Below, one piece after another: positions 31,383 to 41,639 of a stretch of 64,000 nt of DNA (its first letter is position 1; the number at the start of each line of letters is the position of its first letter). Location: positions 4,255 to 68,254 of the forward strand of contig CAKPPI010000001.1 in assembly GCA_934177545.1 (NCBI GenBank), in the 5' to 3' direction. The stretch is from an uncultured Bacilli bacterium (GTDB lineage Bacteria > Bacillota_I > Bacilli_A > RF39 > UBA660). Under the pieces are notes generated by a model that was given only the letters and a program-made list of their open reading frames with translations, had not been told where the DNA came from and made no database searches. The translations under genes and the position numbers were made by a program.

Positions 31383-32468
31383 TCATTTATCTTTTGCAAT
31401 ACTTAACAATATTCCAATGGATGCTGTACTGATTAATAAACTACTACCGCCATAAGAAAGAAAGGGTAAAGTGACTCCAGTTACAGGAATCAGTCCAACA
31501 ACCACTGCTAGATTCATTGAAGCTTGAAATAACATTTGAAAAGCTATACCAAATGACAAATATTTAGCAAATAGATTTTTAGCATTTAAAGAAATCTTTA
31601 AGGAAAAATAGAATAGAAGAAAAAATAGAGTACAGACAAATATACAACCAACAACCCCAAACTCTTCGCAAACAATAGAAAAGATAAAGTCTGTTTGTGG
31701 TTCAGGTAGATAAAAGTGCTTTTGTCTAGAATTTAAAAATCCTTGTCCAAGAAGTCCACCAGGGCCAATGGCATACATTGATTGAATCATTTGAAAACCA
31801 GTTCCTAATGGATCTTTCCAGGGATTAATAAAAGAAGTTATTCTATTCATTCGATAAGGGGCAATAGCAATTAAAAGACAAGTACCAATAACACCTAAAA
31901 CAAAAGCTCCATAGAAAAATTTCATATCAAGACCAGCAATAAATAAAAGTGCAATAATACTAACCATTAGGACAAGACCAGTACCAAGGTCTGGTTGTAA
32001 CATAATAAGACCAAAGGCTAGAAAAGTAACACCAAGAATTGGTAATATACCTTTCTTTAAATCCTTTAAATACTTATCCGAATTATTTAAATATTTACTA
32101 GTAAAAATAATAAGACCAAGTTTAGCTGCTTCACTAGGTTGTATACCAAAAGGACCAATTCCAAACCAACTTCTACTACCATTTCTAACACTTCCAATAA
32201 AAGGTACTAAAACTAAAATTAATAATAAAAAGCAAATACCTAAAATGATATTTGCCTTTTTGTAATAGATTTTATAATCTATCTTAGAAATAAAATTCAT
32301 TAGTATAAGTCCTGCTACTGTAAATAATGCTTGTTGTTTCACATAGTGGAAACTATCATGAAACTTATATTCTGCCCAAATATTACTAGCAGAATAAATC
32401 ATTACGAGTCCAAATATTAGTAAGAGTATTACGGTGATTAGTAAAGGCAAATCAAACCGTTTTTTCAA
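31383..32468 (-). CDS. ftsW: SEDS-family peptidoglycan glycosyltransferase (FtsW/RodA)
   Basis: Ten TM segments, SASNIW and PEPQTDFIF motifs. Immediately downstream of mraY. Confidence 0.8.
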   Translation of the reverse strand: MKKRFDLPLLITVILLLIFGLVMIYSASNIWAEYKFHDSFHYVKQQALFTVAGLILMNFISKIDYKIYYKKANIILGICFLLLILVLVPFIGSVRNGSRSWFGIGPFGIQPSEAAKLGLIIFTSKYLNNSDKYLKDLKKGILPILGVTFLAFGLIMLQPDLGTGLVLMVSIIALLFIAGLDMKFFYGAFVLGVIGTCLLIAIAPYRMNRITSFINPWKDPLGTGFQMIQSMYAIGPGGLLGQGFLNSRQKHFYLPEPQTDFIFSIVCEEFGVVGCIFVCTLFFLLFYFSLKISLNAKNLFAKYLSFGIAFQMLFQASMNLAVVVGLIPVTGVTLPFLSYGGSSLLISTASIGILLSIAKDK

Positions 32469-32486
32469 AAGAAAATTATCTCCTTT

Positions 32487-33467
32487 CTATAACCAAACTC
32501 CAAATAAGATACCTAACATAGCAAGAATAAGACCAAATGTACAGAATAACTTAACTATATCTGTTTCACTCCAACCAAGTTTTTCAAAATGGTGATGAAG
32601 TGGCGTCATTAAAAATAACTTATGATGAAATAATTTTACCCAAATAACTTGTAAAATAACTGATAATGTTTCAATTACAAATACTAAAGCTACGACAAGT
32701 AAAGTTAATTCTCTATGCGTTAAAATAGCAACTGCTCCCATAACTCCACCTAAAGCTAAGCTTCCGGTGTCTCCCATAAATATTTTGGCAGGATGGGTAT
32801 TGTAGACTAAAAAACCAATAAGCGAACCAACTAGTACTAAACAAAATATTCCAATATCTTCAAAGCCAACCATGAATGAAATTAAAGCAAAAGCTATAAA
32901 AGCAATAGCTGATAAGCTACCAGCTAGTCCATCTAATCCATCCGTTAAATTAACGGCATTACTAGAACCAATTAAGATTAAAAGAATAAATAGACCATAG
33001 AGCCATTTCATTTCAATATCAATATGAAGTGTACCTACTACCCATGATGTCTGTCCTCCATTTTTCATATAGATATAGAAAAAAATAGTAGAAATAATAA
33101 TTTGTCCAAATAGCTTTTGATAAGTTGTTAATCCTTCATTATTATGTTTTCTAAGTGATAAAAAGTCATCTAAGAAACCAATAATAGCAAAGCCACAAAA
33201 TACTAATAAAACAATAGCTAAGTTATCGGTATAGGAGACCTTTCCTAAAAATAATAAAGCTAGCATAATAAGAACTGTTGGTAAGATGAAAATAATTCCA
33301 CCCATCGTTGGAGTACCAGCTTTCTTTCTATGACTTTCTCCAACATAAACACTAATTGTTTGGCCTACATGTAGCTTTTTTAGAATAGGTACTAAAATAA
33401 GACCTAGACAGACGCTAAATAAAAAGCCAATCATGACAGCAAAGACTGCCTTTGTTAATAATAACAC
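32487..33467 (-). CDS. mraY: phospho-N-acetylmuramoyl-pentapeptide transferase
   Basis: DDFLSL, NAVNLTDGLDGLA and HHHFE motifs. Confidence 0.9.
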   Translation of the reverse strand: MLLLTKAVFAVMIGFLFSVCLGLILVPILKKLHVGQTISVYVGESHRKKAGTPTMGGIIFILPTVLIMLALLFLGKVSYTDNLAIVLLVFCGFAIIGFLDDFLSLRKHNNEGLTTYQKLFGQIIISTIFFYIYMKNGGQTSWVVGTLHIDIEMKWLYGLFILLILIGSSNAVNLTDGLDGLAGSLSAIAFIAFALISFMVGFEDIGIFCLVLVGSLIGFLVYNTHPAKIFMGDTGSLALGGVMGAVAILTHRELTLLVVALVFVIETLSVILQVIWVKLFHHKLFLMTPLHHHFEKLGWSETDIVKLFCTFGLILAMLGILFGVWL

Positions 33468-33648
33468 TTTTTTATCACTCTCCCGTTTCTTCCTTTGTAT
33501 TATAACATACTAGATATATTCTTTTAAGCTTTTTTTCTAAATTTACTTATCCCTTGACATATTACTTTTCATTTAAGTCTATGAAAAACTTAAAAAAACT
33601 TTCCATTTAATTAGAAATAACTTATAATAATTAGCTAAGAGGTAGACC

Positions 33649-34803
33649 ATGATAAAATTAAATGATAATTATAGAAGTATATATACTAAGATAGAAGAAT
33701 TAGAAAATCATTTTATTGATTGCAAAAAACCACTAGATAGTGAAGCATATGTTAAAATGTATGAAACTCTTCTAATGATATATATGGGATTAGATAAAGA
33801 ATATAGTCCAAATACAAAACTATATAGAAATAAATTTGTTCATTTTTCATCAGTAGATAAAGATAATTCTATTCAGAAGAAAAGTATGGAAGAGTTAATC
33901 AATAATAAAGACAGTCATAGTAAATTAATACTTGATTTTATTGATGATATTAATGAGATAATAAATGAATACTTGATATTACATAATGATGAATTAGATA
34001 GTAAAGGACTTTCCTATATAAGTCCAAAAGAGCAGGAAGAAATATTAGAAGCTTATTTTGATAGTGAAGGTATGGAACTTAAAGATTTATTTGTTGAGTG
34101 TCAAAGAAATGGTTCTATATATAAGATGCCTGATTCTTTTTTAAGTATGATAATGTCAATTGGAGCTACAATTTATAATCCATTAGGAAATGAAAAATTA
34201 GTGTTTTTAGCAGAAACAGAAAATAAAATAGGGGAACTTAGTACAATAGTTCATGAGTTTGGTCATGTTTTAGATCTTTCTACTTATAACAGTACTCATT
34301 CTAATAGTATGACTAGTCTTTATTTTCAAACATCACCTTATATTGAGGTTAATTCTACTTATCAAGAATATAAGTTTTATGAGTATTTATTAAAGAACAA
34401 TATTTATAAAGATGATACTAAGGCTTTCTTGGCAGATAGTGTTGTAACTTATTTAGAAGGCTTATCAGTATTAGCACTAGTAGGATTTATTGATTCTAAA
34501 CTATTAAGAAAACATAAAGGAGTTTTATCTAGTAAAGAAATAACTGATTCTGTTAGACAAGAGACAGGGGTATCTTTAGATATGTCTTTATGCAATAATT
34601 TCATTGATATGAGGTCAGCTCTTGAGTATAGTTATGGTATGATGATTGCATTTTCTATGTTAGATGATAAAACACTATATGATAAGTTTCAAATGATAAG
34701 AGCCCCATATTTTGATAAAGGCAAATTAGATAGTATTGGACTTGACGATGATAAAATATCTAAAGTAATGGTTAAAAAGATGACAAATTATTTCAAAAAA
34801 TAA
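33649..34803 (+). CDS. M3B (PepF-like) zinc metallopeptidase, short form
   Basis: HEFGH, then about 25 aa downstream EVNSTYQEYKFYEYLL, which resembles the PepF third-ligand EIASTFNE motif. Confidence 0.45.
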   Translation: MIKLNDNYRSIYTKIEELENHFIDCKKPLDSEAYVKMYETLLMIYMGLDKEYSPNTKLYRNKFVHFSSVDKDNSIQKKSMEELINNKDSHSKLILDFIDDINEIINEYLILHNDELDSKGLSYISPKEQEEILEAYFDSEGMELKDLFVECQRNGSIYKMPDSFLSMIMSIGATIYNPLGNEKLVFLAETENKIGELSTIVHEFGHVLDLSTYNSTHSNSMTSLYFQTSPYIEVNSTYQEYKFYEYLLKNNIYKDDTKAFLADSVVTYLEGLSVLALVGFIDSKLLRKHKGVLSSKEITDSVRQETGVSLDMSLCNNFIDMRSALEYSYGMMIAFSMLDDKTLYDKFQMIRAPYFDKGKLDSIGLDDDKISKVMVKKMTNYFKK

Positions 34804-34804
34804 A

Positions 34805-34833
34805 TTGCTAATTATAATTAAATGTTATATAAT
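34805..34833 (+). promoter_or_regulatory. promoter of the hisS-aspS leader
   Basis: -35 TTGCTA, then a 17-nt spacer, then -10 TATAAT (34828-34833). Confidence 0.5.
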
Positions 34834-34859
34834 AAGCTTATCTTCTTTGGAAAGAGTAT

Positions 34860-35035
34860 ATTTTTAATTCTATTTAGAGAAAGTATGGCTGGTGAAAATA
34901 CTTATAGAAAAGAAAATAGAAGACATCCATTTAAAAAAAGAAGCGTTAAACCACGATATGGTTATTTAGAGTATAAACTAAGGTGGCACCACAGGAAAAC
35001 CTGTCCTTAATAAGTGTCATCTTTTTATTTTAAGG
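34860..35035 (+). promoter_or_regulatory. T-box leader upstream of hisS-aspS
   Basis: Stem-I distal motif GGCUGGUGAAAAUAC (about 34883-34900). T-box sequence AAACUAAGGUGGCACCACAGG (34975-34995). Only a weak hairpin follows (acagg-aaaa-cctgt) with no immediate U-tract. The 62-aa ORF at 34822-35010 lies inside this leader and is probably not coding. Confidence 0.5.
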
Positions 35036-35044
35036 AGGAATATT

Positions 35045-36391
35045 ATGATACAAAGACCAAAAGGAACTAATGATATTTATGGAAGGGAAGCTAAGATTTG
35101 GAAATGTGTAGAAGCAGTAATTGATCAAGTTATGGAAAAGTATAACTATAACTATATAAGAACACCTATCTTTGAATCTAGTGAATTATTTCATAGAGGA
35201 ATAGGAGAAACTACTGATATTGTTACCAAAGAAACCTATGACTTTGTAGATAGAGGAGATAGACATCTTTCTTTAAGACCAGAAGGTACAGCTGGAGTTT
35301 GTAGAAGTTATATTGAAAACAAAATGTATGGAGATGCCAATCAACCAGTTAAAGTTTATTATAATGGAACCATGTATCGTTATGAAAGACCACAATCTGG
35401 AAGAGATAGAGAATTAACTCAGTTTGGTATGGAGATCCTTGGAAGTGATGATCCACTAAGTGATGCAGAAATAATATCAGCAGCTGTAAATATCTACAAA
35501 CTATTAGGATTAAAAGAAATAAAAGTTAATATTAATAGTTTAGGAGATACTGCTTCTCGTAATACTTATCGTGAAGCTTTAGTTGAATACTTTAGACCAC
35601 ATATTGATGAGTTTTGTGATGACTGTAAGGAAAGATTTTTAAAAAATCCTCTTAGAATATTAGATTGTAAAGTAGATGCTGATAATGAAATATTAAAGAA
35701 TGCTCCTAAGACAATTGATTATTTAAATGAAGAATCAAAAGAAAGATTTGAAAAAGTAAAAGACTATCTTGATATTATGCAAATAGATTATGAAGTTAAT
35801 CCAAGTATTGTTAGAGGACTTGATTATTACAATCATACAGTCTTTGAAATAGAAGCAAAAGTAAAAGGCTTTGGAGCTAATAATGTTATAGGAGCAGGGG
35901 GAAGATATAATGGTCTAGTTAAAGAATTAGGTGGACCAGAAACACCATGTATTGGTTTTGCTTCAGGTATTGGTCGTTTAGTAATGGCTCTAGAGCTTGA
36001 ACAAGCTAAATTACCAATTGTAGATAGTATTGACTTATTCTTAATGTATGTTAATGAAGATGAGAAAAAGTATGCTGTTTATCTAGCACAAGAATTAAGA
36101 ATGGCTGGCTTTATCGTTGAGACTGAATACACTGGAAGAAGTTTGAAAGGACAATTTAAGCAAGCTGATAGATTAAATAGTAAATTCTTAGTAATACTTA
36201 ATAGTGAAGATTTAAATAATAATGAAGTAAAAGTTAAAAATAATAAGACTAAAGAAGAAGAAATAATTAGTTTAGATGCTTTAATTTACTATTTAGATGA
36301 AAAATTAACTATTGATAGTGATGATTGTGACTGTGATCATGAATGCAACGGTGAATGTGGTCATGATGGATGTCACTGTAAGGATGAATAG
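35045..36391 (+). CDS. hisS: histidyl-tRNA synthetase with a C-terminal Cys/His-rich tail
   Basis: Class II HisRS motifs including RYERPQSGR and an anticodon-binding domain. There is an extra C-terminal DCDCDHECNGECGHDGCHCKDE. Confidence 0.9.
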   Translation: MIQRPKGTNDIYGREAKIWKCVEAVIDQVMEKYNYNYIRTPIFESSELFHRGIGETTDIVTKETYDFVDRGDRHLSLRPEGTAGVCRSYIENKMYGDANQPVKVYYNGTMYRYERPQSGRDRELTQFGMEILGSDDPLSDAEIISAAVNIYKLLGLKEIKVNINSLGDTASRNTYREALVEYFRPHIDEFCDDCKERFLKNPLRILDCKVDADNEILKNAPKTIDYLNEESKERFEKVKDYLDIMQIDYEVNPSIVRGLDYYNHTVFEIEAKVKGFGANNVIGAGGRYNGLVKELGGPETPCIGFASGIGRLVMALELEQAKLPIVDSIDLFLMYVNEDEKKYAVYLAQELRMAGFIVETEYTGRSLKGQFKQADRLNSKFLVILNSEDLNNNEVKVKNNKTKEEEIISLDALIYYLDEKLTIDSDDCDCDHECNGECGHDGCHCKDE

Positions 36392-36403
36392 GAAGTGTTA
36401 AAT

Positions 36404-38149
36404 ATGAAAACAATAGAAAATAATAGTTTAAGATTAACTGATAAAGATAAAGAAGTAACTCTATATGGTTGGGTACAAAAGAAACGTGACTTAGGAGGAG
36501 TATGCTTTATTGATCTTCGTGATAGAAGTGGTATAGTTCAATTAGTAGCTCGTGAAGGAGATACTTATACTCTTGCTAGTAATCTAAAGAATGAATCTGT
36601 CTTAAAAGTAGAAGGTATTGTTAAAGAAAGAGAATCTAAAAACAAAAATATAGCTACTGGAGATGTTGAAGTTGAATTAACTAATATTGAACTACTAAAT
36701 TCTTCAAGAGATTTACCTTTTGAAATAGCAAATGATACCACTGCCTTAGAAGATACTAGACTAAAGTATCGTTATCTTGATCTTAGAAGAAGTAACTTAA
36801 AAGACAATTTAATAACTCGTCATAAGATTACGCTTGCTATTAGAAACTTCTTAGATAGTAAAGGCTTTATTGAAGTAGAAACTCCAGTACTTTGTAAATC
36901 AACTCCAGAAGGAGCAAGAGACTATTTAGTACCTAGTAGAGTAAATAAAGGAAAGTTTTATGCTCTTCCTCAATCACCTCAATTATTTAAACAATTATTA
37001 ATGGTAGGTGGTATGGAAAAATACTTTCAAATAGCAAAGTGTTTTCGTGATGAAGACTTAAGAAGTGATAGACAACCAGAGTTTACGCAAGTCGATATGG
37101 AAATGAGTTTCGTTAATGAAGAAGATGTAATGAGTATGACTGAAAAGTTAATTGCTCATGTCTTTAAAGAAATTAAAGGAATAGAAATTGAATTACCACT
37201 TAAGAGAATGGAATATGATGATGCTATGAAGTATTATGGCTCTGATAAACCAGACTTAAGATTTGATATGAAAATAACTGATGTTAAAGATATATTTAAA
37301 GATAGTGAATTTAAAGTATTTTCAAATGCACTTGATGAGAAAAGTACTATCGCTTGTATAAAAGTAGATGATAATGCAACGTATTTTTCTAGAAAGAAAA
37401 CTGATGAGTTAACTGAATTTGTAAAAATTTATAAAGCAAAAGGTCTTCCATTTGTAAAATATGAAAATAAAGAGTTTACTGGTGGTATTAGTAAATTCTT
37501 AAGTGATAAAGAAAAAGAAGAGTTAGTTAAAAAACTAGAACTTAAAGATAATGATATCTTATTCTTTGGAGCTGATAACAAAATGATAGTTTATCAGACA
37601 TTAGGTGCTTTAAGATGTAAATTAGCTCGTGACTTAGACCTTATCAAAAAAGGTGATTACAAATTATTATGGGTTACTAAATTTCCATCATTTGAGTGGA
37701 GTGAAGAAGAAAATAGATTTGTTGCTTGTCATCATCCATTTACAGCACCACTTGACAGTGATGTAGATAAACTTTTAACTGATAAAGCACATTGCTACTC
37801 TAAAGCTTATGATATTGTTATTAATGGCTATGAAGCGGGTGGTGGATCTATTCGTATCCATAATGAAGAAGTTCAAGAGAAAATGTTTGAAGCTTTAGAA
37901 TTAACTAAAGAAGATATTGATGAGAAGTTTGGTTTCTTTGTTGAAGCTTTGAAATATGGAACACCACCTCATGGTGGACTTGCTATTGGACTAGATCGTC
38001 TTACTATGTTATTAACTGAAACTGATAACATTCGTGATGTAATAGCTTTTCCGAAGACTGCTAGTGCTAGTTGTTTGATGAGTGAAGCTCCTAATAAGGT
38101 TGCTAAAAAACAACTTGAAGATTTAGGTGTAAAATTAGAAAAAGAATAA
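36404..38149 (+). CDS. aspS: aspartyl-tRNA synthetase (bacterial type with GAD insertion), copy 1
   Basis: An OB-fold N-terminus, [20 protein letters not shown] and GGGSIRIH motifs. 582 aa from ATG 36404. Confidence 0.9.
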   Translation: MKTIENNSLRLTDKDKEVTLYGWVQKKRDLGGVCFIDLRDRSGIVQLVAREGDTYTLASNLKNESVLKVEGIVKERESKNKNIATGDVEVELTNIELLNSSRDLPFEIANDTTALEDTRLKYRYLDLRRSNLKDNLITRHKITLAIRNFLDSKGFIEVETPVLCKSTPEGARDYLVPSRVNKGKFYALPQSPQLFKQLLMVGGMEKYFQIAKCFRDEDLRSDRQPEFTQVDMEMSFVNEEDVMSMTEKLIAHVFKEIKGIEIELPLKRMEYDDAMKYYGSDKPDLRFDMKITDVKDIFKDSEFKVFSNALDEKSTIACIKVDDNATYFSRKKTDELTEFVKIYKAKGLPFVKYENKEFTGGISKFLSDKEKEELVKKLELKDNDILFFGADNKMIVYQTLGALRCKLARDLDLIKKGDYKLLWVTKFPSFEWSEEENRFVACHHPFTAPLDSDVDKLLTDKAHCYSKAYDIVINGYEAGGGSIRIHNEEVQEKMFEALELTKEDIDEKFGFFVEALKYGTPPHGGLAIGLDRLTMLLTETDNIRDVIAFPKTASASCLMSEAPNKVAKKQLEDLGVKLEKE

Positions 38150-38233
38150 TAACTATCAAGAAAGTTTCAGAAGTTAGGCTTTCTTTTTCTTTGGTATTTT
38201 GTTATAATCTTATTTAGAAAAGAGGTATTAATT

Positions 38234-39055
38234 ATGAATCATATTATTGCAGCCGTTATATTAGGCATAGTTCAAGGTATAGCTGAGTTCTTACCAATTT
38301 CTTCAAGTGCACATTTAATTATTTTTAGGGATGTGTTTGGTATTGGAAAAGGTATGGGTAGTGAACTTGCGTTATGTTTTGATCTTGCTCTTCATCTTGG
38401 AACTTTACTTGCTATTGCTGTATTTTTCTTTAAAGACTTTTTAAATATGGTAGTAAAAGGTTTTACTAAAGGCGTAAAAGATAAGGAAGGAAAACTTTTC
38501 TTTGAGATAATTGTAGCAACTATTCCGGCTGCTATTGCTGGAGTATTATTTGAAGATGTTATAGAAAACGCTATTAGAACTAATTACTACTTAATAGCCA
38601 TTGCTTTAATTGTTATGGGAATAATTATTTATTTAGTTGATAAGAATTCTAAACAAGTTAAAAAGGTGGGTGATTTATCATTTAAAGATGCATTTTTAAT
38701 TGGTTGTAGTCAAGTATTTGCTTTAATTCCAGGATTTAGTAGAAGCGGCACTACTATTGCTTGTGCTAGAGCTTTAAAAGTAAATAGAGAAGATGCTGCT
38801 AAGTTTTCTTTCTACTTATCAGCACCAGTTGTTCTAGGAGCTTGTCTATTACAATTTCTAAAAGGAGAAGCTGTTACTTTAATTGCTAGTAATTTAGCTA
38901 TATTCTTAGTAGGAATAGTTATAGCTTTTATAACGGGAATTATCTGTATTAAGTTTTTATTACAATACTTAAAAAAACATGACTTTAAAGCTTTTATGAT
39001 CTATCGTATCTTATTAGCACTTATCGTTATCTTATTAGTAACATTTAGGGGGTAG
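38234..39055 (+). CDS. uppP: undecaprenyl-diphosphate phosphatase
   Basis: GFSRSGTTI and SSSAHL motifs, eight TM segments. Confidence 0.85.
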   Translation: MNHIIAAVILGIVQGIAEFLPISSSAHLIIFRDVFGIGKGMGSELALCFDLALHLGTLLAIAVFFFKDFLNMVVKGFTKGVKDKEGKLFFEIIVATIPAAIAGVLFEDVIENAIRTNYYLIAIALIVMGIIIYLVDKNSKQVKKVGDLSFKDAFLIGCSQVFALIPGFSRSGTTIACARALKVNREDAAKFSFYLSAPVVLGACLLQFLKGEAVTLIASNLAIFLVGIVIAFITGIICIKFLLQYLKKHDFKAFMIYRILLALIVILLVTFRG

Positions 39056-39060
39056 ATATA

Positions 39061-39810
39061 ATGAGTAATACACTTTCATTATTTATTACTTTTCTATTAG
39101 GATTATTCTTAGTAGTTGGAATAATCTTTTCTTTCTTTCTAAAAAAGAAAAGAAAAGTTCTAGACTATATATTTTCACTAGCTTTTTCACTATTAATCAT
39201 GTTAATGCTGTTTGATCTTTTAAAGGAAGCATTAGAAGTATTTGGCTTTGGAAAACTTTATCTATTTATAATCTTTTCTTTAATAGGTTTCTTAATATTT
39301 AAAGTACTTGATCACTTTATTCCAGATCATCATGATCATTTAAAAACTAATAAAGAAGTTAGAGAAAATATTCATCATATTGGTCTACTTTCTATAATAG
39401 TATTAATTATTCATAATATAATAGAAGGAATGGCTATTTATTTTGTAACACTTTCTAATATGTCTTTAGGAGTGATGATGAGTATTGGTGTTGGTATTCA
39501 TAATCTTCCTTTAGGAGTGATGATAGGTAGTGTGTATTATCAAAGTGATGCCAAAAAATCACTTCGCCTTCCCATGTTTCTTTTAAGTATTTCAACATTC
39601 CTAGGAGGCTTAATTCCTTATATGTTTGGTCTAACTAGTGCTAGTAATACTTTTATGGGAATACTACTTTCTCTAGTACTTGGTATGTTATTTTACTTAG
39701 TATTCTTTGAATTACTACCTAAAGTTAAAGATACTAAGAATAAAAATATGACTATCTATGGTTTAATAAGTGGAGTATTAATATTTTTACTTACCTTATT
39801 GTTTGATTAG
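39061..39810 (+). CDS. ZIP-family metal transporter (second copy)
   Basis: IHNIIEGMAIYF and GIHNLPLG motifs, plus an HHDH His-rich loop. Confidence 0.65.
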   Translation: MSNTLSLFITFLLGLFLVVGIIFSFFLKKKRKVLDYIFSLAFSLLIMLMLFDLLKEALEVFGFGKLYLFIIFSLIGFLIFKVLDHFIPDHHDHLKTNKEVRENIHHIGLLSIIVLIIHNIIEGMAIYFVTLSNMSLGVMMSIGVGIHNLPLGVMIGSVYYQSDAKKSLRLPMFLLSISTFLGGLIPYMFGLTSASNTFMGILLSLVLGMLFYLVFFELLPKVKDTKNKNMTIYGLISGVLIFLLTLLFD

Positions 39811-39820
39811 GAGGTTTTAG

Positions 39821-40552
39821 ATGTATAAAATATGTTATTGGTTTTTCTTTTTTATGATATATTCTTTTATTGGCTACTTAACCGAGATTACTTCTTGTTC
39901 TATAAATAATAAAAAGTTAATAGTAAATAGAGGATTTTGTCTAGGACCATACTTACCAATTTACGGATCTAGTAGTGTTATAATGAATATCTTTCTAGCT
40001 AAGTATAGTAAAGATATAATTACTTTATTTGTTATGTCTGCTTTTGTTTGTACTTTAATGGAATATATGACTAGTTTAATTTTAGAAAAAATATTTCATG
40101 CTAGATGGTGGGATTATACTGAGAAGAAATTTAATTTATCAGGTAGAGTATGTTTAGAAAACTCTTGCTTATTTGGTTTAGGAGGAGTATTTATTGTAAG
40201 TATCCTCCATCCTTTTCTAGATGGATTAGTATCAATGATCCCACATAATGTTTTAATAATATTATCTATCGTTTTATTTGTTATTTTTATGATTGATGTA
40301 ATTATTACAGTAACTACTATGTGTCAAGTTAAAATAGCTACTACCAAGTTTACAGCAAAGGATGCTACAGAAGAGATAAGTAGAAAAGTAAGAAATGAAA
40401 TTATTAAGAATAAAGGCTTAATGCTTCATATGTTAAATGCCTTTCCAAAGATAAAATTATCTAATCATGATCCATTAGGTAGAATAAAGAAGTATTTAGC
40501 AAAACAAAGAGAAGAGTATAAAAAGCTAAAAGAAAAAAGCAAGAGAAAGTAA
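39821..40552 (+). CDS. polytopic membrane protein of unknown function (WWDY motif; possibly CmpB-like)
   Basis: Six TM segments and a basic C-terminal tail. The family assignment is tentative. Confidence 0.4.
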   Translation: MYKICYWFFFFMIYSFIGYLTEITSCSINNKKLIVNRGFCLGPYLPIYGSSSVIMNIFLAKYSKDIITLFVMSAFVCTLMEYMTSLILEKIFHARWWDYTEKKFNLSGRVCLENSCLFGLGGVFIVSILHPFLDGLVSMIPHNVLIILSIVLFVIFMIDVIITVTTMCQVKIATTKFTAKDATEEISRKVRNEIIKNKGLMLHMLNAFPKIKLSNHDPLGRIKKYLAKQREEYKKLKEKSKRK

Positions 40553-41638
40553 TTAATCTTTTGCTTTTTCTATTAGTAATTTATTACTTTTTAGTCTTTC
40601 ATTATCAGGTGATATTTCTAAAGCTTTATTAATATAGTCTAAAGATTCTTGATATTTTCCTTGATAAAAACAACTGATTGATAACAAATCATAGATAGTA
40701 TGATCAAAACTAAATGGTTCATTTATATAAGTCTTTTGATGAGTTGTTATCTTTAAGGCTTCCAAACAATTTTTTTCTACTTCTTGATAGTTTTCTAGAT
40801 TATATTCTAAAAGAGCAAGTTCTACAAAAGCATCCCTTAAATAAGGTGCTTCTTTTATAGCTTCTTTATACCACATTTTAGCTTCCTTATACCTTTCTAG
40901 ATTAGTATAACATCTAGCAATAAAACGCATAGAAGCAGCTCGCTCATCACGCCAAGTAGCAGATTTTAACGATAGATGTTTAATTAGTGTATCAATCGCT
41001 TTATTAAAGTAACCATGATACATATATTCTCTTCCAAGATAATGCATATTTCTATCATCTGTTGGATCTTCCTTGATTGATAATTCAAGGAGGGGAAGAT
41101 AACTACTTCTACTTTTAGTTTTATCAGGGTAATGATTTAGAGTGATTAAGTCAGTAGTAAGTTTAATCTCTTTCTTATCACCTATATAGGAAAGAACTTC
41201 ATGAACAGGATGAGTCCAAGTATAATCATTCCTAGAATGTATTTTTTCTGTATAGAAGTTTATAATAGGTTTATTATTTTTATCTAGACTCCAGTTATAG
41301 TTATAAGCAAGTCGAGTAGTGTTTTCTTGCCATACTTCTTCAAGACTACTTCGCCAACCTTTAAGAAAAACTTCATCTAAATCAGTACAAACACAAATAT
41401 CAGTATCTTTAGGAACTAAGTCTAGTGATAAATTCCTTGCTATATCAAATCTAAAAGGTTTAATTTTTTTACTTTTAACATTAACACCTAAATCTTTTAA
41501 TAATTTTACAGTCTTATCAGTACTACCAGTATCAAGAACAATAATTTCATCCGCTTCTTTCATAGATTCTACCCATCTTTTAACATGCTTTTCTTCATTT
41601 TTACTAATGGCATAGACAATAACTTTGTATTTATGCAT
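40553..41638 (-). CDS. family-2 glycosyltransferase fused to a C-terminal TPR-repeat domain
   Basis: N-terminal GT-A motif VIVYAISKNEE...DEIIVLDTGSTD. The C-terminus has about five TPR-like repeats. It starts 1 nt after the collagen-like gene's stop. Confidence 0.7.
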   Translation of the reverse strand: MHKYKVIVYAISKNEEKHVKRWVESMKEADEIIVLDTGSTDKTVKLLKDLGVNVKSKKIKPFRFDIARNLSLDLVPKDTDICVCTDLDEVFLKGWRSSLEEVWQENTTRLAYNYNWSLDKNNKPIINFYTEKIHSRNDYTWTHPVHEVLSYIGDKKEIKLTTDLITLNHYPDKTKSRSSYLPLLELSIKEDPTDDRNMHYLGREYMYHGYFNKAIDTLIKHLSLKSATWRDERAASMRFIARCYTNLERYKEAKMWYKEAIKEAPYLRDAFVELALLEYNLENYQEVEKNCLEALKITTHQKTYINEPFSFDHTIYDLLSISCFYQGKYQESLDYINKALEISPDNERLKSNKLLIEKAKD

Positions 41639-41639
41639 A

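Noticed and set aside
34822-35010. 62-aa plus-strand ORF between the M3-like peptidase gene and hisS.
   Set aside because: It coincides with the T-box leader: the Stem-I GGCUGGUGAAAA motif and the GGUGGCACC T-box sequence lie inside it. The region is therefore a regulatory RNA and not coding.
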